Source of the DNA: Malacoraja senta
Taxonomy: Eukaryota
Length of the DNA: 42,329 nucleotides
Direction of reading: 5' to 3'
Assembly (NCBI GenBank): GCA_038087875.1
Contig: CM075999.1
Span: 4,652,001-4,694,329, forward strand
The position numbers and the translations under genes were made by a program. Shown in pieces: positions 34,901 through 42,329 of this stretch; within the stretch, counting starts at the first letter, position 1, and every line of letters begins with the position of its first letter. The notes below the pieces were generated by a model. It ran no database searches, was not told the DNA's origin, and worked only from the letters and a program-made list of their open reading frames with translations.

Positions 34901-37660
34901 AGTGTACTTCCCTTCACCCCCCAAACACCCTGGTGCACTAATCGACTGACTAACTAATCGACTGACTAACTAATCGACTGACTAACTAATCGACTGACTA
35001 ACTAATCGACTGACTAACTAATCGACTGACTAACTAATCGACTGACTAACTAATCGACTGACTAACTAATCGACTGACTAACTAATCGACTGACTAACTA
35101 ATCGACTGACTAACTAATCGACTGACTAACTAATCGACTGACTAACTAACTCACTAACTAACCAACTAACACTGGTCCTTTCCCTTCCACTGTACACTCA
35201 TCTCTCAAACAGTAGTCCCATATTCCCTCTTTCCCTTCCACCCATACCTCTCCTAGTTTCATATTTCCGTTCTCTCCTTATTTGGCATTTTGTCCCTTTC
35301 ACCTTGAGCCTTTGGCACTCACTCCATCCATATGCTAATCACGCCTCACATGTCCCATCTATTTCCTTGCTGGCTTTGTCCTGCGTGCCTCTGCGTCTTT
35401 TCACTCTTTCATCAGTCTGAGGAAGGTTGCTGACCTGAGGTGTCATCTGTCCATTCCACTTGTAGTCAGCAGATTGTGCCTGAACTGCTGAATGCCTCCA
35501 GCACTTTGTCTTTGGACAGAGCCATGTTCCCTGGTTAAAGTAATTGTAGTTGGCTCCTGTTACAGGGAAAGTAGAGTTTAATATATTTGACTGAAACTCT
35601 GGGGGGGTTGGGTTTACCAGGTATTTTTTAACCACCTGGACACCACTGAATGTTTGTTTATATCTAACGCTTAAATGTCCACGTGAAGAGTAAGGCATCG
35701 GGCAACAAGGTTGGGAGAACACTTGTGAAATATAATGGGTATTTCATGTAACTGGGGTGTTGCTGTGCTTATAAATTGTGTCAGTGCTGGAGCAACTCGA
35801 TGGGTGCAGCAACATCGCTGGAGAACATGGATTGGTAATTCTGGGTTGGGATTCTTCAGACCTTAATCTCTAGGTAGTCTAAATATATTTGACTACATTA
35901 ATATTGGTCCAACCTATAGGAATCCGGACTGCAGAGACAATGGTCCTGGTTGGAGATACGTCTCCAGTCATTGTCCACATGTCTAAGTGTTTTTAGCTTG
36001 AGTAGAATCTTCTCGCCCAGGACTGTCCGACCCACTGAGTTACTCCCGCAATTTGTCTAATTGTAGAGAAGGACGTTGGAACATTTCAAACATTAAAATG
36101 TTATGTTAATTTGATTTTTCAGCATCAAGTCTTTCTGGATTTGCTCTTCATGGATGTCATAGGAAGATAAGGTACATATTTCTAAACCTCTACAGTTTAA
36201 TGGGATAAATGTGTTAAATTATTGATGGCTGTTCAAAATTTGTTTCTTCAACATCGAGGAGCTCGCAGTCTCTGGCAGAGGCCGATGGCAGGAAGCTCCA
36301 AAGAATGCAAAAGGTTCGACTAGACCTCGAGTGAGATGGGATTTAACCCCCCGATGCAGGACCCCCGGCACGGACGGCCCGACCGCCGGCTACAGGAGTC
36401 AACGGGAGGCCAAAAAGGGAAGAGTTTGAACTTTGTGTTCTGTTGCTTTTTATTGGTATGAGTATATGGTAAATGAAATTCCTCGTGTTGCAAACACGAG
36501 CCACCCCATGCTTGAATCGTGATTAATACACAGTGCTGGAGGAACTTGGTGGGTTTGACAACCTCTGAAGAAATGGACAGATGACTGATCGGGTTGGGAG
36601 CTCTCAGTCTGAAATACGGGGGAAGCTGGAAATGAGGTTGGGGTTGGGCACTGCCAGACAAGTGATGGATGGATTACAGGTGAGTGGGTGATGGGCAAAT
36701 GGATGGAGTAAGTGCCAAAGGCTGAAGGTGAAAGTGATAAAACATGTTGCATAAGGACAAGAACTGTGAAATGTAAAACCAGTGTGAGGTGGGAGTGGAA
36801 GGTAAAAGGGAAATCTGGGACAAGGAAATGGGAGATGAGTGTACTTCCCTTCACCCCCCAAACACCCTGGTGCACTAATCGACTGACTAACTAATCGACT
36901 GACTAACTAATCGACTGACTAACTAATCGACTGACTAACTAATCGACTGACTAACTAATCGACTGACTAACTAATCGACTGACTAACTAATCGACTGACT
37001 AACTAATCGACTGACTAACTAATCGACTGACTAACTAATCGACTGACTAACTAATCGACTGACTAACTAATCGACTGACTAACTAATCGACTGACTAACT
37101 AATCGACTGACTAACTAATCGACTGACTAACTAATCGACTGACTAACTAATCGACTGACTAACTAATCGACTGACTAACTAATCGACTGACTAACTAATC
37201 GACTGACTAACTAATCGACTAACTAACTCACTAACTAACCAACTAACACTGGTCCTTTCCCTTCCACTGTACACTCATCTCTCAAACAGTAGTCCCATAT
37301 TCCCTCTTTCCCTTCCACCCATACCTCTCCTAGTTTCATATTTCCGTTCTCTCCTTATTTGGCATTTTGTCCCTTTCACCTTGAGCCTTTGGCACTCACT
37401 CCATCCATATGCTAATCACGCCTCGCATGTCCCATCTATTTCCTTGCTGGCTTTGTCCTGCGTGCCTCTGCGTCTTTTCACTCTCTTTCATCAGTCTGAG
37501 GAAGGTTGCTGACCTGAGGTGTCATCTGTCCATTCCACTTGTAGTCGGGCAGATTGTGCCTGAACTGCTGAATGCCTCCAGCACTTTGTCTTTGGACAGA
37601 GCCATGTTCCCTGGTTGTAGTTGGCACCTGTTACAGGGAGAGTGGAGTTTAATATTGTGG
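19950..37660 (+). repeat. Macrosatellite: 9 near-identical tandem units of 1.76-2.31 kb, each with a fold-back cassette and a 16-bp VNTR
   Basis: Marker ctagacctcgag at 20628, 22410, 24271, 26578, 28338, 30182, 32280, 34383 and 36320. (CTAATCGACTGACTAA)n copy numbers are about 2, 8, 36, 2, 7, 23, 23, 13 and 22. Confidence 0.98.
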
Positions 37661-38102
37661 CTAAGGCTCACTTTTATTAATGCTGCCCTTCCAAGTACTG
37701 TAGTTTTTGCAGTTGGTTTATATCTCTGATTTGGATACATCTGCATTGGTACAATTTCCTAGCCCGTCTTCTTCTAAGGAGTGAGCAGTTCCTGTTAGTT
37801 TCCACCCAGAGTCTCAAAAGACTGGGCTATATGCTGGTAGAAATATCTGCTAGGGTTAGTCGGTCTCCTCCCAATCTGCCAATGTTGGGATGTGCTGGGG
37901 CAAACTTCTTACCCATCACTGTTACTTTGGCTTGTCGCTGATTTAATTCAAAGGATGTTTTCATTTAAAGCAATGTGCAACTCATGGGTGTGTTTTCACT
38001 TGATATTGATGCCCATGGTATACAGCAGCAGGTGGCAGTCACAGAACAGTGTTTGGTTTAGCTGGGATGTTGCTGAGCCCGTTTATTAAGTCAATGTATT
38101 CT

Positions 38103-39674
38103 TTTTTATTTTTATTATTTTTTTTATTGGAGGTATATACATATGTTAAAAACGTTACAAGTTTTTCATTTCTAAATTAATAATATTGTCAAACATTATT
38201 CGTATTGTCTCCAATGATTTTTTCCTTTTTTTTTTAAGTAAGTAGAAATAAAAAAAGTAGGTGAAAGAAAGAAAGAAAAGAGAGAGAAGAAAAGAAAAAA
38301 AGAAGGAAAAAGATAATAAAGAAGAATGGAATGACTTACTAAAAATACTTCATTCGAGATATATTCGTACATTTCAGAATATAACATTTCATCTAATCCT
38401 TGGCTCGAGTGCTAGTCAGGTTCCCGTGCTGAACCATTCTGACCCTTTAGATAATCAATAAATGGAGACCATGTTCCAACAAATAATTCTTGTTTGTCCA
38501 ACAGGACAAGTCTAATTCTTTCTAAGTATAAGGTCTCCGTCATTTCTATAATCCACATTTTAATTGTGGGGGTTATAGGACCTTTCCAAAATTTTAGAAT
38601 TAATTTTTTCCCAGTTATTATACTATAATCAATAAAGTTTCTTTGAGTTGTTGTAAATGTTTGATTTGGTTCTAATATTCCTAGTATTATTAATTTTTGA
38701 TCCGGGTCCAATTGAGTGCTGGTAACTATAGATATTATACTAAAAATATTTGCCCAGAATTTTTTAATTTTTATACAATTCGCAAACATATGAGTTAAGT
38801 TAGCATCTAATTGTTGACATTTATCACATATAGGGGAAATATGTGGGAAGGTTTTATTTAATTTTGTTTTAGAATAATGTAACCTATGTAGTACTTTGAA
38901 TTGTATTAGAGAGTGTCTAGCATTTAATGAACATTGATGTATGTGTTGTAATCTTTCTTCCCAAGTATCTTTCGTTATTATTTGATTTAGTTCTTTTTCC
39001 CATGTTTGTCTGTATAAATCCGTCGATGGAATCTCGCTATCTAATAAAATATTATATATGTAAGATATTAATTTTTCTGCTTTAGGATGTTTATTCCAAC
39101 AGTCGTCAAGAATTTCTGGATTTCTAATTCTAAAGTTTTGAGTACTTGCTTTAACATAATCTCTAAGTTGAAGATATCTGAAAAAATCATTTACTTGAAG
39201 TCCATAAGTCTGTTGCAGCTCCTGAAATGAAAGAAAAGTGCCTTTCTTGTAAAGTTGTCCCATCATTTTAATTCCATAATTTTTCCATTGTATGAAACCT
39301 TTATCCAACCATGAGGGTTTAAATAAAGGGTTATTCACAATTGGAAGAAAAAGTGATAAGTTATCTAATTTTAATGTCTTTTTTAATTGTTTCCAAATTC
39401 GCATAGCACTATATATTATAGGATTATCCCTATACATTTTTTTGTTTAATTTAGAAGTAGAAAATAGTATCGAGCCGATTTCAAAAGGTAAACAATCTTC
39501 CTTTTCCATTTTTAACCAATCTGTTGGTTGATCTATTTCTTCCAACCAAAAATTCATATTTTTTAATGTTAACTGCCCAAAAGTAAAACAAAATGTTTGG
39601 TAGAACTAAACCTCTATTTATTTTTGATTTGCACAGATGTTTTTTACTTATCCTATGATTCTTATAATCCCAGA
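38103..39674 (-). mobile_element. 5'-truncated L1-clade LINE (ORF2 C-terminus, 38412-39557) with poly(A) tail and 16-bp TSD
   Basis: CCHC knuckle CDKC-x8-H-x4-C and QFKVLHRLH motifs. TSD taagtcaatgtattct at 38087-38102 and 39675-39690. T-rich tail at 38103-38127. Confidence 0.93.
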
Positions 39675-40028
39675 TAAGTCAATGTATTCTGATAATTTGC
39701 AGGATTCACTGCTGTGGTCACATGCAGTGGGCCTTCATGCTGATATTTCCCCAGGCACTGTCCACGTGTCTGGGTGTTCATTTTAGAGAATGTATAATTT
39801 TGTAACCTGGTGCTCTCTGTTCATTATCCTGCTACGTGTTTCTAATTATGGTGGAGGCACCAAGAACCTATGGTGCTCATCCAAAATCTGCCCAATCTCC
39901 TTCATTGCCTGATAGATGGGCTGTCAACTTGGTGATCTGTTTGTGGTTAAAGGTGTGAAACCGAATGTTGGGAGGATTCAAACTATCAGTGAATGTTGTG
40001 TCGCCGAAATGTTGTATCGCTGAATTGT

Positions 40029-42329
40029 GTTAGGTTTAGAGTCGTTAGGGTTTAGAGTCGTTAGGGTTTAGAGTCGTTAGGGTTTAGAGTCGTTAGGGTT
40101 TAGAGTCGTTAGGGTTTAGAGTCGTTAGGGTTTAGAGTCGTTAGGGTTTAGAGTCGTTAGGGTTTAGAGTCGTTAGGGTTTAGAGTCGTTAGGGTTTAGA
40201 GTCGTTAGGGTTTAGAGTCGTTAGGGTTTAGAGTCGTTAGGGTTTAGAGTCGTTAGGTTTAGAGTCGTTAGGGTTTAGAGTCGTTAGGGTTTAGAGTCGT
40301 TAGGGTTTAGAGTCGTTAGGGTTTAGAGTCGTTAGGGTTTAGAGTCGTTAGGGTTTAGAGTCGTTAGGGTTTAGAGTCGTTAGGGTTTAGAGTCGTTAGG
40401 GTTTAGAGTCGTTAGGGTTTAGAGTCGTTAGGGTTTAGAGTCGTTAGGGTTTAGAGTCGTTAGGGTTTAGAGTCGTTAGGGTTTAGAGTCGTTAGGGTTT
40501 AGAGTCGTTAGGGTTTAGAGTCGTTAGGGTTTAGAGTCGTTAGGGTTTAGAGTCGTTAGGGTTTAGAGTCGTTAGGGTTTAGAGTCGTTAGGGTTTAGAG
40601 TCGTTAGGGTTTAGAGTCGTTAGGGTTTAGAGTCGTAGGTTAGAGTCGTTGGGTTTAGAGTCGTTGGGTTTAGAGTCGTTGGGGTTTAGAGTCGTTAGGG
40701 TTTAGAGTCGTTGGGTTTAGAGTCGTTGGGGTTTAGAGTCGTTGGGGTTTAGAGTCGTTGGGGTTTAGAGTCGTTGGGGTTTAGAGTCGTTGGGGTTTAG
40801 AGTCGTTGGGTTTAGAGTCGTTGGGGTTAGAGTCGTTGGGGTTTAGAGTCGTTGGGGTTTAGAGTCGTTGGGGTTTAGAGTCGTTGGGGTTTAGAGTCGT
40901 TGGGGTTTAGAGTCGTTGGGGTTTAGAGTCGTTGGGGTTTAGAGTCGTTGGGTTTAGAGTCGTTGGGGTTTAGAGTCGTTGGGGTTTAGAGTCGTTGGGG
41001 TTTAGAGTCGTTGGGGTTTAGAGTCGTTGGGGTTTAGAGTCGTTGGGGTTTAGAGTCGTTGGGGTTTAGAGTCGTTGGGGTTTAGAGTCGTTGGGGTTTA
41101 GAGTCGTTGGGGTTTAGAGTCGTTGGGGTTTAGAGTCGTTGGGGTTTAGAGTCGTTGGGGTTTAGAGTCGTTGGGGTTTAGAGTCGTTGGGGTTTAGAGT
41201 CGTTGGGGTTTAGAGTCGTTGGGGTTTAGAGTCGTTGGGGTTTAGAGTCGTTGGGGTTTAGAGTCGTTGGGGTTTAGAGTCGTTGGGGTTTAGAGTCGTT
41301 GGGGTTTAGAGTCGTTGGGGTTTAGAGTCGTTGGGGTTTAGAGTCGTTGGGGTTTAGAGTCGTTGGGGTTTAGAGTCGTTGGGGTTTAGAGTCGTTGGGG
41401 TTTAGAGTCGTTGGGGTTTAGAGTCGTTGGGGTTTAGAGTCGTTGGGGTTTAGAGTCGTTGGGGTTTAGAGTCGTTGGGGTTTAGAGTCGTTGGGGTTTA
41501 GAGTCGTTGGGGTTTAGAGTCGTTGGGGTTTAGAGTCGTTGGGGTTTAGAGTCGTTGGGGTTTAGAGTCGTTGGGGTTTAGAGTCGTTGGGGTTTAGAGT
41601 CGTTGGGGTTTAGAGTCGTTGGGGTTTAGAGTCGTTGGGGTTTAGAGTCGTTGGGGTTTAGAGTCGTTGGGGTTTAGAGTCGTTGGGGTTTAGAGTCGTT
41701 GGGGTTTAGAGTCGTTGGGGTTTAGAGTCGTTGGGGTTTAGAGTCGTTGGGGTTTAGAGTCGTTGGGTTTAGAGTCGTTGGGGTTTAGAGTCGTTGGGGT
41801 TTAGAGTCGTTGGGGTTTAGAGTCGTTGGGGTTTAGAGTCGTTGGGGTTTAGAGTCGTTGGGGTTTAGAGTCGTTGGGGTTTAGAGTCGTTGGGGTTTAG
41901 AGTCGTTGGGGTTTAGAGTCGTTGGGGTTTAGAGTCGTTGGGGTTTAGAGTCGTTGGGGTTTAGAGTCGTTGGGGTTTAGAGTCGTTGGGGTTTAGAGTC
42001 GTTGGGGTTTAGAGTCGTTGGGGTTTAGAGTCGTTGGGGTTTAGAGTCGTTGGGGTTTAGAGTCGTTGGGGTTTAGAGTCGTTGGGGTTTAGAGTCGTTG
42101 GGGTTTAGAGTCGTTGGGGTTTAGAGTCGTTGGGGTTTAGAGTCGTTGGGGTTTAGAGTCGTTGGGGTTTAGAGTCGTTGGGGTTTAGAGTCGTTGGGGT
42201 TTAGAGTCGTTGGGGTTTAGAGTCGTTGGGGTTTAGAGTCGTTGGGGTTTAGAGTCGTTGGGTTTAGAGTCGTTGGGGTTTAGAGTCGTTGGGGTTTAGA
42301 GTCGTTGGGTTTAGAGTCGTTGGGTTTAG
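40029..42329 (+). repeat. 16-bp telomere-like satellite: (TTAGGGTTTAGAGTCG)n switching to (TTGGGGTTTAGAGTCG)n near 40640-40700
   Basis: Direct reading: about 38 copies of the first variant and about 105 of the second. Runs off the end of the window. Confidence 0.97.

Noticed and set aside
20628..37746. Recurrent 60-142 aa ORFs in the macrosatellite as a tandem gene family
   Set aside because: They overlap TE-derived arms, frames shift between units through 1-2 bp indels, and no domain is recognisable.
17877..42329. CRISPR-like array
   Set aside because: Pure tandem repeats with no unique spacers, no cas genes, and a vertebrate context.
40029..42329. True telomere or a novel telomerase template
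   Set aside because: No pure TTAGGG tract and no evidence that the window end is the chromosome end; a subtelomeric satellite is more parsimonious.

Overview
Vertebrate genomic DNA. The repeat families (HE1/V-SINE-like tRNA SINEs, CR1/HER1-like LINEs, Penelope elements) suggest a cartilaginous fish such as a skate or ray; this is an inference. The only host gene is the 5' end of TMEM39B on the minus strand: a CpG-island promoter at ~3.5-3.97 kb, exon 1 ending at 3778, and a coding exon at 2515-2701. The ORF track missed that coding exon. The ~38 kb upstream of the gene has no recognisable host gene. It contains nested transposons, including a Penelope element split by a 2.0-kb non-autonomous hAT element with perfect TIRs and an 8-bp TSD, young CR1 copies, SINEs and an L1 with a 16-bp TSD. 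It also contains an old diverged tandem array (11.3-20 kb and 37.6-40 kb) surrounding a young 9-unit, 1.76-2.31 kb macrosatellite, and a terminal 16-bp telomere-like satellite that suggests a subtelomeric position. The most notable structure is a set of 12 long fold-back cassettes. Each is made of two oppositely oriented ~300-bp Penelope-derived arms, most with a minisatellite in the loop, and the arms show copy-specific compensatory changes. A CCAAT/TATA promoter candidate at 9.7-9.8 kb points into this array. It is a candidate hairpin-RNA/small-RNA locus, but transcription and function are not demonstrated.
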